Assembly (NCBI GenBank): GCA_965659745.1
Contig: CBFHXF010000001.1
Coordinates: 55,764-119,373, forward strand
Source: Bacteroidia bacterium
GTDB taxonomy: Bacteria > Bacteroidota > Bacteroidia > NS11-12g > UBA955
Length of the DNA stretch: 63,610 nucleotides
Direction: 5' to 3'
Below are positions 28,487 to 38,863 of this stretch, piece by piece. Every line of letters begins with the position of its first letter. Positions within the stretch are counted from its first letter, which is position 1. Below the pieces are notes generated by a model, which had not been told where the DNA came from, searched no databases, and saw only the letters and a list, made by a program, of their open reading frames with translations. The position numbers and the translations under genes are program-made.

Positions 28487-29888
28487 TATTAATCCCAAAC
28501 AGACCACGCTTAAAAAAAGTATTAGCTTTGAAGGTGTAGGATTGCACACAGGTGCAAAAGTTGTCGTAACGCTATGTCCTGCAGAGGCTTTTCACGGATA
28601 TAAATTCCAACGAACAGACCTTCCAGAGCAACCCATTATTGAAGCAGATTGCGATTTAGTTACCGATACCAGCAGAGGAACTACATTGGAGAAAAATGGA
28701 GCCACTGTTTCTACTGTTGAACATGTACTCGCCGCCTTGGTGGGTAGCGAAGTAGATAACGCATTGATACAAGTGAATGGCCCCGAAATGCCCATTATGG
28801 ATGGTTCTTCAATTAGTTTTATTGAAGGCATACAAAATATTGGTATTGAAGAACTTGATGAAGAAAAAGAATTCTTTGAAATCCCTTATAACATTCATTA
28901 CCAAGACGAAGAAAATCAGGTTGAAATTATTGCCATGCCGGTTAACGATTACCGTTTAACTGTAATGGTTGATTATAATTCTCCAGTTTTAGGAACACAG
29001 CATGCATCATTAACCAATCTTGGTGATTTTGCTGCTGAAATAGCCCCTTGCAGAACGTTTTGCTTTTTGCACGAATTGGAATATTTATTGAAAAACAATT
29101 TGATCAAAGGCGGTGACCTGAATAATGCTATTGTGGTTGTAGACAAGCAAGTTGACCAAGAAGAATTAGATCGATTGGCTAAGATTTTCAATAAAGAATC
29201 TGTTGAAGTAAAGAAAGATGGAATATTGAATAACTTAGAATTAAGGTTCCACAATGAGCCAGCACGTCACAAATTATTAGACATGGTAGGCGATTTGGCC
29301 TTGATAGGAATGCCTATTAAAGGTCAAATAATGGCGGCAAGGCCAGGTCATGCTTCTAATGTTGCCTTTGCCAAGAAAATCAAGCAAGTCATCAAAAAAG
29401 AAATACGCCGCAAACAAGAAGGAAGGCCGCTTTACGATCCGAACGTAAAGCCATTGTATGCGACTAAAGACATCATCAAAATGTTACCTCACGCCCACCC
29501 TTTTTTATTGGTAGATAAAATCATGGAGATTTCTGATACCCATGTGGTGGGAATTAAAAATATAACCTACGATCAACCCTTTTTTAATGGTCATTTTCCG
29601 GGCGACCCTATAATGCCGGGCGTATTGCAAATCGAAGCAATGGCACAAGCGGGAGGAATATTAGTCCTCAGCACCGTGGAAGATCCCGAGAATTACGCTA
29701 CCTATTTCATGAAAATCGACAATACGAAGTTCAAGGACAAAGTGGTACCTGGAGATACGCTCATTATGAAGCTAGAATTAATGGAGCCCGTTCGAAGAGG
29801 GATATGCAAAATGAAAGGTAGAGCTTGGGTTGGAGAGAAATTAGTTTGCGAATCCGAATTAATGGCGCAAATTGCAAAAATAAAATAA
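28479..29888 (+). CDS. lpxC: Bifunctional UDP-3-O-acyl-GlcNAc deacetylase / 3-hydroxyacyl-ACP dehydratase
   Basis: 469 aa. The LpxC part shows GVGLHTG, TVEHVLAAL and HKLLDMVGDL. The C-terminal FabZ hotdog shows HAHPFLLVDKI ... HFPGDPIMPGVL. This fusion is typical of Bacteroidota. Confidence 0.9.
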   Translation: MSNINPKQTTLKKSISFEGVGLHTGAKVVVTLCPAEAFHGYKFQRTDLPEQPIIEADCDLVTDTSRGTTLEKNGATVSTVEHVLAALVGSEVDNALIQVNGPEMPIMDGSSISFIEGIQNIGIEELDEEKEFFEIPYNIHYQDEENQVEIIAMPVNDYRLTVMVDYNSPVLGTQHASLTNLGDFAAEIAPCRTFCFLHELEYLLKNNLIKGGDLNNAIVVVDKQVDQEELDRLAKIFNKESVEVKKDGILNNLELRFHNEPARHKLLDMVGDLALIGMPIKGQIMAARPGHASNVAFAKKIKQVIKKEIRRKQEGRPLYDPNVKPLYATKDIIKMLPHAHPFLLVDKIMEISDTHVVGIKNITYDQPFFNGHFPGDPIMPGVLQIEAMAQAGGILVLSTVEDPENYATYFMKIDNTKFKDKVVPGDTLIMKLELMEPVRRGICKMKGRAWVGEKLVCESELMAQIAKIK

Positions 29889-29894
29889 CCTGTT

Positions 29895-30677
29895 ATGATA
29901 CAGCCACTAGCATATGTACATCCATCGGCTAAAATTGCTGATAATGTAGTAATCGATCCTTTTGTTACCATTCATGCGGATGTTGAAATAGACGAAGGTA
30001 CCCATGTTATGTCGGGAGCCGTTATTTTCCGAGGTACACGAATTGGAAAAAACTGTAAGATTTTTCCAGGAGCATCCATTGGAGCCATACCTCAAGATTT
30101 GAAGTTTGATGGCGAAGAAACCCATACGATCATAGGAAATCACACCACCATTCGTGAATTTGTAACCATTAATAAAGGCACTAATGCTTCTGGAGCTACA
30201 CGAGTAGGAAACTATGTATTGCTTATGGCCTATGTGCATTTAGCGCATGATTGTGTGGTTGAAGATCATTGCATTTTAGCGAATAGCGTTCAGGTTGCAG
30301 GTCATGTTAACATTGGCGAATGGGCCATATTAGGAGGTGCTGCATTAGTGCATCAGTTTGTACATATTGGCAAACACGTAATGATTTCTGGCGGATCACT
30401 TGTGAGAAAAGACGTGCCCCCATACACCAAGGCAGCAAGAGAACCCCTCGCCTACGAAGGGATAAATAGCGTTGGATTGCGCAGACGTGGATTTGCAAAT
30501 GATAAAATCGCAGAGATTCAAGATATCTATCGTACGTTATTTGTAAAAAGCTCTAACACCGCCAAAGCTTTGAAGTTGATACAAGCTTCTTTTGCTCCAT
30601 CGCCAGAGCGCGATGAAATACTTGCCTTTATACAAGAATCGGACAGAGGCATTATGAAGGGTTACCTAAACAAGTAA
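29895..30677 (+). CDS. lpxA: Acyl-ACP--UDP-GlcNAc O-acyltransferase
   Basis: 260 aa. Starts with the hexapeptide-repeat sequence IQPLAYVHPSAKIADNVVIDPF and contains NSVGLRRRGF. Confidence 0.9.
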   Translation: MIQPLAYVHPSAKIADNVVIDPFVTIHADVEIDEGTHVMSGAVIFRGTRIGKNCKIFPGASIGAIPQDLKFDGEETHTIIGNHTTIREFVTINKGTNASGATRVGNYVLLMAYVHLAHDCVVEDHCILANSVQVAGHVNIGEWAILGGAALVHQFVHIGKHVMISGGSLVRKDVPPYTKAAREPLAYEGINSVGLRRRGFANDKIAEIQDIYRTLFVKSSNTAKALKLIQASFAPSPERDEILAFIQESDRGIMKGYLNK

Positions 30678-30683
30678 CTTTAA

Positions 30684-31325
30684 ATGGATTCCATCAATGT
30701 CATAAATGCAGGGAAAAACTTCTATCGAAGTTGGCTCTATAAAGACATTAATCTAACTCTAAATGCCAGTCCTGGCAATTCATATGCAATTCTAGGGAAT
30801 AATGGATCTGGAAAATCTACATTTTTATTAATGTTGACGGGTCAAACTTCCCCTACACATGGTAAAATAACTTGGAAAAAATCGGGTGTTGAATTGCCCG
30901 AGAATCAATGGCATCTGCATTATGCCATATCCTCGCCTGGTATGGAGCTTCCAGAGGAACTTAATTTGCTAGAATGGTATGATTTCATTCAAAAAGTAAA
31001 ACCTTTAAAGAAAGAAGTAAGTATTGAATACATTGCAGATTTATGCAAATTCAGCAAGAAAACCCTACAAAAACCGATTGCCAATTTCTCTTCAGGCATG
31101 AAACAAAGGGTTAAGCTCTGCGGAAACTTATTAAGCGATGTTCCCGTTTCGTTTCTAGATGAACCCTTGTCAAATCTAGACACAGATGGAATCGAGTTAT
31201 ATCATTCGTTAATTGAAATAGAGAAAAATAGCAAAGCGTTATTTGTGGCCTCTAACGACCCCAAAGAATACGAATCTATATCAAATAGATTCCGAATTGA
31301 AGATAAACATCTTATTCAATTATAA
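30684..31325 (+). CDS. Orphan ABC-type ATP-binding protein (no adjacent permease)
   Basis: 213 aa. Walker A GNNGSGKST, signature FSSGMKQR, Walker B VSFLDEP. The H-loop position reads ASND rather than SHD. Confidence 0.7.
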   Translation: MDSINVINAGKNFYRSWLYKDINLTLNASPGNSYAILGNNGSGKSTFLLMLTGQTSPTHGKITWKKSGVELPENQWHLHYAISSPGMELPEELNLLEWYDFIQKVKPLKKEVSIEYIADLCKFSKKTLQKPIANFSSGMKQRVKLCGNLLSDVPVSFLDEPLSNLDTDGIELYHSLIEIEKNSKALFVASNDPKEYESISNRFRIEDKHLIQL

Positions 31326-33618
31326 GCACCTTACTTGTTGCAAATGTGCGTTTTGAAGTATTTTGTATTTTTACAAAATACACCCCTGCCTCCCAATTAT
31401 CCGTACTTATAGAAACACCTCTTTCTCCAACGTTCACAGATTCTTTGCGGTAAATTTGTCCTAGCGTATTTACTACCAAAATTTCCCATTTTTGATTCAT
31501 CTCGGGGGAAATCACCTCAAATCGTTGCCCTTTTGTTACCGGATTAGGCCGAACATGAAATGCCTGAAGATTTGGAGTATTCACATTTATGGATGTTTTC
31601 GAGGAATTTATATGGGAAGCAAAATTCAATCCGCCTCTAAGATTGCCAACGATCAACTCAGGAATTGAATCTCCTGTAATATTGCCTAGCACAGGTCTTA
31701 ATCGTCCACCAATTGCGGCTGATACCGTGTCTGAATCAAAAGCTCTAAACATGATATTATCACTTGCCAATAATGAGTCTGTAGGCTCATGTCCATCAAT
31801 ATGATATATTCTCAATATATTATCAAATCCGCCTACTACAATTTCCATGCTACCATCATTATCTATGTCGCCCACAGTTGGAGCGGCATATCCATAACTT
31901 GAAAACTTAGGATAGCTAGATTGGTACAACCATTCATTTGCTTTCATTCCCCATGCTTCCGACGTAATCCATTCGAATGTGGGCGTTCCTGACGAATTCA
32001 ATCCTTTAAACAACGCTATATTGCCATTGTAGAATCCTATTAGTAAATCATTGATTCCATCTTTATTATAATCGATAACGGCTGGTGACCAACTGCTTTC
32101 ACCGGATTGCATGGTGTAATTCAACAGTTTTTTAGTTTTACAAATCCAGCTTTGTGACTCTTTTTTGAACCAATACAATTCCCCTCCTGTCGTGCCTATT
32201 AGGATGTCCTTTTTGCCGTCGTTATCTATATCGCCAATTGACAATGAACCACCCAAAATAGAAGAGTCAGAAAGCTTCAAATAATCATTATTGGTCAATT
32301 CGTAAATAGGATTATCCAGATTTCCAGTATTGGTAAATAGTGCCAATCGGTCATGAATTCCTAATGATTCTTGATAATCGCCATTATTAAGAACCAGTAG
32401 GTCCAAGTCACCATCACTATCTATATCAATTAAGCCAGGACTCGTATTGCCGCCCAAATCGAGCATTTGTTCCGCAATGAAATTAGTGCGATCTAATTTA
32501 AAATCGGCTTTATTTTTGGTGCCATGATTCTTGTAGTAATGAATTTGATTTTTCTCTTTGGTTTCATATGCAGCGTTAGGGGCAATTACCATGTCTTTTA
32601 ATCCGTCGTTATCTACGTCTATCATATAACCCGCTGGGAATACATAGGCGTTAAACGCTTTTCCATCTAAAAACAGGGAATCCACTACTATCATCGTGTC
32701 GTAGCTATGATTGAAGTCAGATTTTCCATTGACTAATCTAGTGATCCTTTTAAAATCGAGATTGGCCATATACATTTCTAAATCCCCGTCGCCATCTTCA
32801 TCGAAAAACCAACAACTCGCCCCACCAACATGTCGGGGTTTTAATTTAAGAGGAAAGCTCAAATCAAAGGGACAGGTATTCAAACGGATTTCAGCATCAA
32901 AGCCTTCCCAAAAATAACCAAAGCAATAATCCATATTTTGAAATTCAAACGTATCCTTATCCCAATTTTTCTCGCTTCTTACGTCTTTAAACATCATGTA
33001 GGTAAGGTTGAATTGGTCGTAATTTACAATATCAATATCTCCATCCCCATCAAGATCAACGATCCCGGGCAAATCGGTATTTGCATTACTAAAACTAAGC
33101 GGATTGTATAATATAGTATGATTATCAGGGAATTGATTTCGATAATACCAAGGGCCAACGGAATCGAATACTAGTTTAGAATCATTATCGCCAGAAATAT
33201 TTCGATAAATCATCAAGTCACCATTTTCGGAGGTGGTAAAAACATCCATCTGTCCGTCTGAATTCAAATCTCGACACACGTAAATATTCTCGCCTTTAGG
33301 AAGTTGCGATTCATATTGAGGCGCGTATACATAAGTGTTTTTTTGAGACCTGAGAAAGGTGTACAGCTTAAAATCTGCCCTATCGAAAACAATCAGATCT
33401 AAATTACCATCTCGATTTAGGTCGAATTCTGAAAACTGCGGAGAATTGAGTCCGCCCATGAATCCATGCTGTAAATCAAAACCGGAAACTTTAACCAAGG
33501 GACCCTCTTTTATTTCGTAGGTATACTGAGAATACAGACTCAAAGTAAGGAGCGTCCAAATCGATAAAATTACTGATTTTAACATAACAATACCAAATAT
33601 ACGAAATAATAAAGGCAA
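31312..33618 (-). CDS. FG-GAP/VCBS-repeat protein with T9SS C-terminal sorting domain
   Basis: 768 aa, with an alternative start at 33585 (MLKSVILSIW...). About 9 DxDxDGxxD repeats are present (DLNRDGNLDL, DLDGDGDIDI, DIDSDGDLDL, DIDNDGKKDI ...). The C-terminal RPNPVTKGQRFEV ... GVYFVKI matches a Por tail. Confidence 0.7.
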   Translation of the reverse strand: MPLLFRIFGIVMLKSVILSIWTLLTLSLYSQYTYEIKEGPLVKVSGFDLQHGFMGGLNSPQFSEFDLNRDGNLDLIVFDRADFKLYTFLRSQKNTYVYAPQYESQLPKGENIYVCRDLNSDGQMDVFTTSENGDLMIYRNISGDNDSKLVFDSVGPWYYRNQFPDNHTILYNPLSFSNANTDLPGIVDLDGDGDIDIVNYDQFNLTYMMFKDVRSEKNWDKDTFEFQNMDYCFGYFWEGFDAEIRLNTCPFDLSFPLKLKPRHVGGASCWFFDEDGDGDLEMYMANLDFKRITRLVNGKSDFNHSYDTMIVVDSLFLDGKAFNAYVFPAGYMIDVDNDGLKDMVIAPNAAYETKEKNQIHYYKNHGTKNKADFKLDRTNFIAEQMLDLGGNTSPGLIDIDSDGDLDLLVLNNGDYQESLGIHDRLALFTNTGNLDNPIYELTNNDYLKLSDSSILGGSLSIGDIDNDGKKDILIGTTGGELYWFKKESQSWICKTKKLLNYTMQSGESSWSPAVIDYNKDGINDLLIGFYNGNIALFKGLNSSGTPTFEWITSEAWGMKANEWLYQSSYPKFSSYGYAAPTVGDIDNDGSMEIVVGGFDNILRIYHIDGHEPTDSLLASDNIMFRAFDSDTVSAAIGGRLRPVLGNITGDSIPELIVGNLRGGLNFASHINSSKTSINVNTPNLQAFHVRPNPVTKGQRFEVISPEMNQKWEILVVNTLGQIYRKESVNVGERGVSISTDNWEAGVYFVKIQNTSKRTFATSKVLIIE

Positions 33619-33652
33619 GTATTACGTGACTGATGTATTTTTGAATCAGGCT

Positions 33653-34966
33653 ATGCAACAACGTGACATTTCGCACATTTATGACTGTTTTTTAACAGTT
33701 TCTCAAAAAATCAGCACGGATACTAGAAAAGAGGTAAAGGATACCCTATTTTTTTGTTTATCAGGAGAGAGATTCAATGGGAATATTTATGCAGAGAAGG
33801 CCCTAGAACTTGGGGCAGCATTTGTGATTACCAATTCCTATCATTTAACCGACCATAGGTATTTGCATGTTGAAAATCCCAATGAAACACTCATCGAATT
33901 GGCTAAATACCATAGCGAGAAAGTCAAGGCGAAATTTTTAGCTATTGGGGGAAGCAATGGAAAAACCACCACCAAAGAATTAGTAAATGAGGTATTATCT
34001 CAATCTTTCAAAACGACTTCTACCCCTGGTAATTTCAATAATCACATTGGTGTGCCTCTAACCCTTTTGTCTGTTTCGCTTGATTGCGAAATAGCGATAA
34101 TAGAATTAGGAACGAATCACCCCGGCGAGATGTCCGTTTTGTGCAATATGTTCAAGGCCCATAGTGCTTTGATTACCAATATAGGATTAGAACACTTAGA
34201 AGGATTCAAGGATATTGAGGCGGTTGCAAAGGAAGAAAGTGAAGTGTATTTGATGGCGCAAAGGGATGACGCGATGGCATTCGTAAACGAAGACGATCCA
34301 TGGCTTCAAAACATGTCAAAACGTTTGTCGTTGAAGAACGCCTATTCCACGGTTAATGCTACGAGCGATGTTTATGTAAAAATCATTTCGGAAATGCCCT
34401 ATTTAGAAATGGAGGTTTTCATTAAAGGAAAATCAATTGGCACGGTTTCATCGAAATTGGGGGGCGAATACAATGCTCAAAACATTGCCGCGGCAGTAGC
34501 AGTGGGTAATTATTATGGAGTGCCTGAGGATTTGATTTTACAGGGCATTTCGAATTACACACCCAATATGAATAGATCACAATGGATTCAAACCATTGAT
34601 AATAAAAATATTCTATTAGATGCGTATAATGCCAATCCAAGCAGCATGTCGGCAGGCATAAAAAGTTTTTCAACTTTAGAAGGGGCCAAGACCTTACTAC
34701 TAGGCGATATGTTGGAATTGGGCGAACATAGCAAAATTGAACACCAAAAAATATTTGAACAAATACAAGCTTTAGGCATTACTGACGTATATCTCGTGGG
34801 AAATGAATTCAAAAATGCGATTCCCTCCTATCCTTTTGTTTTTGACAGCACCGATTCACTTTTAGCATGGTTAGATACCCATCCTATTCAATCGGGATAT
34901 GTCTATATAAAAGGAAGTCGAGGCATCGCTATGGAGCATTGCCTCGACCACTTTAAATTATCGTAA
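33653..34966 (+). CDS. murF: UDP-N-acetylmuramoyl-tripeptide--D-alanyl-D-alanine ligase
   Basis: Start moved to the ATG at 33653 (MQQRDISHIYDCFL...). Shows STDTRK, FFCLSGERFNGN, the P-loop IGGSNGKTTTKE and DAYNANPSSM. Confidence 0.85.
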   Translation: MQQRDISHIYDCFLTVSQKISTDTRKEVKDTLFFCLSGERFNGNIYAEKALELGAAFVITNSYHLTDHRYLHVENPNETLIELAKYHSEKVKAKFLAIGGSNGKTTTKELVNEVLSQSFKTTSTPGNFNNHIGVPLTLLSVSLDCEIAIIELGTNHPGEMSVLCNMFKAHSALITNIGLEHLEGFKDIEAVAKEESEVYLMAQRDDAMAFVNEDDPWLQNMSKRLSLKNAYSTVNATSDVYVKIISEMPYLEMEVFIKGKSIGTVSSKLGGEYNAQNIAAAVAVGNYYGVPEDLILQGISNYTPNMNRSQWIQTIDNKNILLDAYNANPSSMSAGIKSFSTLEGAKTLLLGDMLELGEHSKIEHQKIFEQIQALGITDVYLVGNEFKNAIPSYPFVFDSTDSLLAWLDTHPIQSGYVYIKGSRGIAMEHCLDHFKLS

Positions 34967-34978
34967 GAAAATTAGCTT

Positions 34979-36004
34979 TTAATTACCGAAGAGCAGAATT
35001 ACCGCACCGGTAATTACCATATTCGCAAGCGCTAAAGGTATCATGTTTTTCCAACCCAAGTGCATGAGTTGATCGTATCTAAAACGAGGTAACGTCCAAC
35101 GAATCCACATAAATACGAAGATAAACAAGGATATTTTAGTAAACATTACCGCTATTTGGGCAATTCCTAAAATGGTAGGATTAGAAATCATTGACATACC
35201 AGGGAAGTTATACCCACCAAAATACAAGGTTGCCATTAAGGCACTGGAGATAAACATATTTACGTATTCCGAAAATAAGTAAAATCCAAGTTTCATACTG
35301 GAATATTCTGTGTGATACCCCCCAATTAACTCCGTTTCACATTCAGGCAAATCGAAAGGAGCTCGATTACATTCGGCCAACGCCGAAACAAAAAACAAAA
35401 GGAATCCGAGAGGTTGATAGAAGATATTCCAATTCATGCCTTCTTGCTGTGCCACAATCTCGCGAAGACTCAATGTTCCGCTCATCATAATTACCGCAAT
35501 AAGGGCTAATCCCATGCTCAATTCATATGATATCATCTGGGCACTTGCGCGAATGGCACCGTATAATGAATATTTATTATTACTGGCCCAACCGCCAATC
35601 ATAATTCCATAAACTCCTACGGAAACAATACCCATGATATAAAGTACACCAATGTTTACATCCGCTACTTGAAGTTGAACATTACGACCGAATATGGGCA
35701 ATTCTGTCCCCCAAGGAATAACCGCGCTAGTAATGGTAGCGGTTATCATCGCAACTGCGGGACCTAAAATAAATAACCAGCGTTCTGCTTTCACAGGTAT
35801 GAATTCTTCTTTAAAGAAAAGCTTTCCGGCATCGGCTAGTGGCTGTAATAAGCCGAATACCCCGGCACGGTTAGGACCGATACGATCTTGCATAAATGCG
35901 GCTACTTTTCTTTCTCCCCATGTTAAATATGCGGCGATTCCTAAGGTTACCAATGTTAAAATGGCTACCAATATGGTTTTTTCTAATAATAATGCACTAT
36001 CCAT
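34979..36004 (-). CDS. nuoH: NADH-quinone oxidoreductase subunit H
   Basis: 341 aa. Contains ERKVAAFMQDRIGPNR and AECNRAPFDLPECETELIGGYHTEYS, typical of NuoH/ND1. Confidence 0.9.
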   Translation of the reverse strand: MDSALLLEKTILVAILTLVTLGIAAYLTWGERKVAAFMQDRIGPNRAGVFGLLQPLADAGKLFFKEEFIPVKAERWLFILGPAVAMITATITSAVIPWGTELPIFGRNVQLQVADVNIGVLYIMGIVSVGVYGIMIGGWASNNKYSLYGAIRASAQMISYELSMGLALIAVIMMSGTLSLREIVAQQEGMNWNIFYQPLGFLLFFVSALAECNRAPFDLPECETELIGGYHTEYSSMKLGFYLFSEYVNMFISSALMATLYFGGYNFPGMSMISNPTILGIAQIAVMFTKISLFIFVFMWIRWTLPRFRYDQLMHLGWKNMIPLALANMVITGAVILLFGN

Positions 36005-36005
36005 C

Positions 36006-36971
36006 TTACGCCTTATTTAACAAAGTAGTATGTTTAGGAATTTCTCGGGTGTAATGGTTGGCCGAAATTACTGAGTGACGGCTTATTTTACGCGGACCTT
36101 CGATATTCCATTGCGATTTTTCCTTTTTATCAAATCTGCACTCATTGCAAATGAATTCTTTTACTTCTCCGTAGGCATCTTTACGTGCCGTAACGCGAGA
36201 TATTTCATCGCCAATCATCCATAAAACCGCGTTACCGCTGCATTTAGAACATTCGCAATTGGCATCAACAGGCTTGGTATACCATACACGACTTCTGAAG
36301 CGGAAGGTTTTGTCGGTTAGTGCGCCTACAGGACAAACGTCAATAACATTACCAATAAAGTCGTTATTTAGATTTTTCTCAATAAAGGTTCCAATTTCTG
36401 CTGCATCACCTCGTTTGAGAACGCCATGTTCACGGGAATCGGTTAATTGATTGGCAGTATAAACACAACGATAACACAAAATACAACGCGTCATGTGTAA
36501 TTTAATATATTCACCGATATCTACTTTGTCAAATTCACGACGTTTAAATTCATATCGAGTCTTACTAAGTCCATGTTCAAAAGCTAAATCCTGCAAATGA
36601 CATTCTCCTGCTTGGTCGCATACCGGACAATCTAAAGGATGATTTATAAGTAAAAATTCAACTACACCTTTGCGTGCATCTAAAACACGTTCTGAAGTGC
36701 TGTTTTTAACTTCCATACCATCCATTACCATAGTGGAACAACTCACTACCAATTTAGGCATGGGGCGTGGATCCTTTTCGCTACCCTTACTTACTTCAAC
36801 CAAACAAGTTCGGCATTTACCACCACTACCTTCTAAAGAAGAATAATAGCACATCGCTGGTGGTACAACTTCTCCACCTATTTGACGTGCCGCATTTAAG
36901 ATGGTAGTTCCAGGAGCTACCTCTATGGTTTTACCGTCGATGGTTACTTTTATTTTAGCGTCTTCCGACAT
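36006..36971 (-). CDS. nuoG: NADH-quinone oxidoreductase subunit G, short form (Fe-S domains only)
   Basis: 321 aa. Has the 2Fe-2S motif (C..GKCRTC), the N5 motif HPLDCPVCDQAGEC and the N4 motif CILCYRC ... CPVGAL. The large molybdopterin-like domain is missing. Confidence 0.8.
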   Translation of the reverse strand: MSEDAKIKVTIDGKTIEVAPGTTILNAARQIGGEVVPPAMCYYSSLEGSGGKCRTCLVEVSKGSEKDPRPMPKLVVSCSTMVMDGMEVKNSTSERVLDARKGVVEFLLINHPLDCPVCDQAGECHLQDLAFEHGLSKTRYEFKRREFDKVDIGEYIKLHMTRCILCYRCVYTANQLTDSREHGVLKRGDAAEIGTFIEKNLNNDFIGNVIDVCPVGALTDKTFRFRSRVWYTKPVDANCECSKCSGNAVLWMIGDEISRVTARKDAYGEVKEFICNECRFDKKEKSQWNIEGPRKISRHSVISANHYTREIPKHTTLLNKA

Positions 36972-36974
36972 AAT

Positions 36975-38327
36975 TTATACAGTTTCGGTTACAAATGATT
37001 TTTCACTTATCAGACCATAATTACGGGTCTGACTTAAAACGGGTTCATTAACATGCCATTCGAACTCTTCTCTAAAATGTCTAATGGCAGCGGCTACCGG
37101 CCAAGCAGCAGCATCGCCTAAAGGACAAATAGTATTACCTTCGATTTTTCTTTGAATATCCCAAAGTAAATCTATGTCTTCCATCTTGCCTTTTCCTGTT
37201 TCAATATTATGAAGTACTTTCTTCATCCAGCCAGTTCCTTCTCGGCATGGTGAACATTGTCCGCAGCTTTCATGATGATAAAAGCGCGCAAAATTCCACG
37301 TGTTTCTAACGATACACTGATCTTCATCGTATACAATAAAGCCACCGGAACCTAGCATACTTCCACTTTCAAACCCACCATCTGCTAAACTCTCGTAGGT
37401 CATTAAACGGTCTTCACCCGCAGCTGTTTTACAAACTAAGAAATGAGGCAAAATAGGCACTGAAGATCCACCGGGAACACATGCTTTCAGTTTTTTGCCA
37501 TTTTTGATACCGCCACAATAGGTATCACTATAAAGGAATTCCTCTACCGACACTCCCAGCTCTATTTCATAAACACCTGGTTTGTTAATATTTCCAGAAG
37601 CTGAAATTAATTTTGTTCCTGTACTTCTTCCTATACCAATTTTAGCATATTCTTCGCCGCCATCATTAATAATGGGAACAACGGCAGCAATAGTTTCTAC
37701 GTTATTCACAACAGTTGGACGTTGCCATAGTCCTTTAACCGCTGGGAAAGGTGGTTTCATACGTGGATTACCGCGTTTGCCTTCCAAACTTTCAATTAGG
37801 GCAGTTTCTTCACCACATATGTATGCACCTGCACCCGGGGCAACGGCCAAATCTAAATCATAACCCGTTCCTAATATATTTTTACCTAACCAACCATTGG
37901 CATAGGCTTCTTGTATGGCTTTCTCTAAAATTTGAAGCACATACATATATTCGCCACGTATGTATATATAAGATTGATTAGCGCCTAACGCAAATGAAGA
38001 AACGATCATACCTTCAATCAATAAATGAGGTATGCGTTCCATTAAATAGCGATCCTTAAAAGTACCAGGTTCGCTTTCATCGGCATTGCACAATAAATGG
38101 CGAGGCACCCCTTCGGGTTTAGCCAAAAAGCTCCATTTCATTCCAGTAGGAAAACCTGCACCTCCTCTACCTCGAAGTCCAGATTTCTTTACCTCTTCAA
38201 CAATATCATCGGGCGACATTTGTTTTAGGGCTTTTTCTACGGAACGGTATCCGCCGTTCTTTCGATAAACATCGTACGAACGAATCCCTTCAATATGGTC
38301 GTTTTCTAATAATAATTTCCTAGTCAT
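36975..38327 (-). CDS. nuoF: NADH-quinone oxidoreductase subunit F
   Basis: Start moved to the ATG at 38327 (MTRKLLLEN...), overlapping the nuoE stop by 8 nt. Shows GLRGRGGAGFPTG, the FMN/NADH motifs and ESCGQCSPCREG. Confidence 0.9.
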   Translation of the reverse strand: MTRKLLLENDHIEGIRSYDVYRKNGGYRSVEKALKQMSPDDIVEEVKKSGLRGRGGAGFPTGMKWSFLAKPEGVPRHLLCNADESEPGTFKDRYLMERIPHLLIEGMIVSSFALGANQSYIYIRGEYMYVLQILEKAIQEAYANGWLGKNILGTGYDLDLAVAPGAGAYICGEETALIESLEGKRGNPRMKPPFPAVKGLWQRPTVVNNVETIAAVVPIINDGGEEYAKIGIGRSTGTKLISASGNINKPGVYEIELGVSVEEFLYSDTYCGGIKNGKKLKACVPGGSSVPILPHFLVCKTAAGEDRLMTYESLADGGFESGSMLGSGGFIVYDEDQCIVRNTWNFARFYHHESCGQCSPCREGTGWMKKVLHNIETGKGKMEDIDLLWDIQRKIEGNTICPLGDAAAWPVAAAIRHFREEFEWHVNEPVLSQTRNYGLISEKSFVTETV

Positions 38328-38859
38328 TTTGCAAACCCATATAATTGGCAACCGGCTTTTGGCGGTACAATTCAATTAATTCATCAACTTTGGCTTCGGT
38401 AAGGTGTTCATGAAACTTCTCTCCTGCCTGTAACATGGGTGCATATCCACAGGCGCCCAAACATTCTACTGCCTTTAACGTAAATATCCCGTCTGAAGTT
38501 GTTTCACCTTCCTTTATACCCAATTTGCGTTCAATATAAGAAATGATTTTTTCTGCTCCTTCAATCATGCACGGACCGGTACGACATACTTCCAATTTGA
38601 CTTTTCCAACGGGAGCTGTGTCATACATGCTATAAAACGTAGCCACTTCATACACTTCAATAGGTTGAATATGTAACAAACGCGCTACGTAATCCATAAT
38701 TTCAGAACTTAAATATCCCCAATGCGCTTGGGCAATGTGCAATACCCGTAAAAGGGCACTTTTTTGCTTTCCTTCAGGAAACATTCCCACAACGCGTTGA
38801 ACTTCATCCAACAACTCTCTAGGGAATTCAATATTTGTTTTGGCTTCTTCCACGTTCAT
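38320..38859 (-). CDS. nuoE: NADH-quinone oxidoreductase subunit E
   Basis: 179 aa. Thioredoxin-like 2Fe-2S pattern: CRTGPC ... CLGACGYAP. Confidence 0.9.
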   Translation of the reverse strand: MNVEEAKTNIEFPRELLDEVQRVVGMFPEGKQKSALLRVLHIAQAHWGYLSSEIMDYVARLLHIQPIEVYEVATFYSMYDTAPVGKVKLEVCRTGPCMIEGAEKIISYIERKLGIKEGETTSDGIFTLKAVECLGACGYAPMLQAGEKFHEHLTEAKVDELIELYRQKPVANYMGLQND

Positions 38860-38863
38860 TTTT

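Noticed and set aside
10829-34978. The 24-kb segment interrupting the nuo operon could be a genomic island or mobile element.
   Set aside because: It has no integrase, transposase, tRNA or flanking direct repeats that I could see. It carries core essential genes (lpxD, lpxC/fabZ, lpxA, murF). By eye its composition looks like the rest of the window. A chromosomal rearrangement is more plausible than horizontal insertion.
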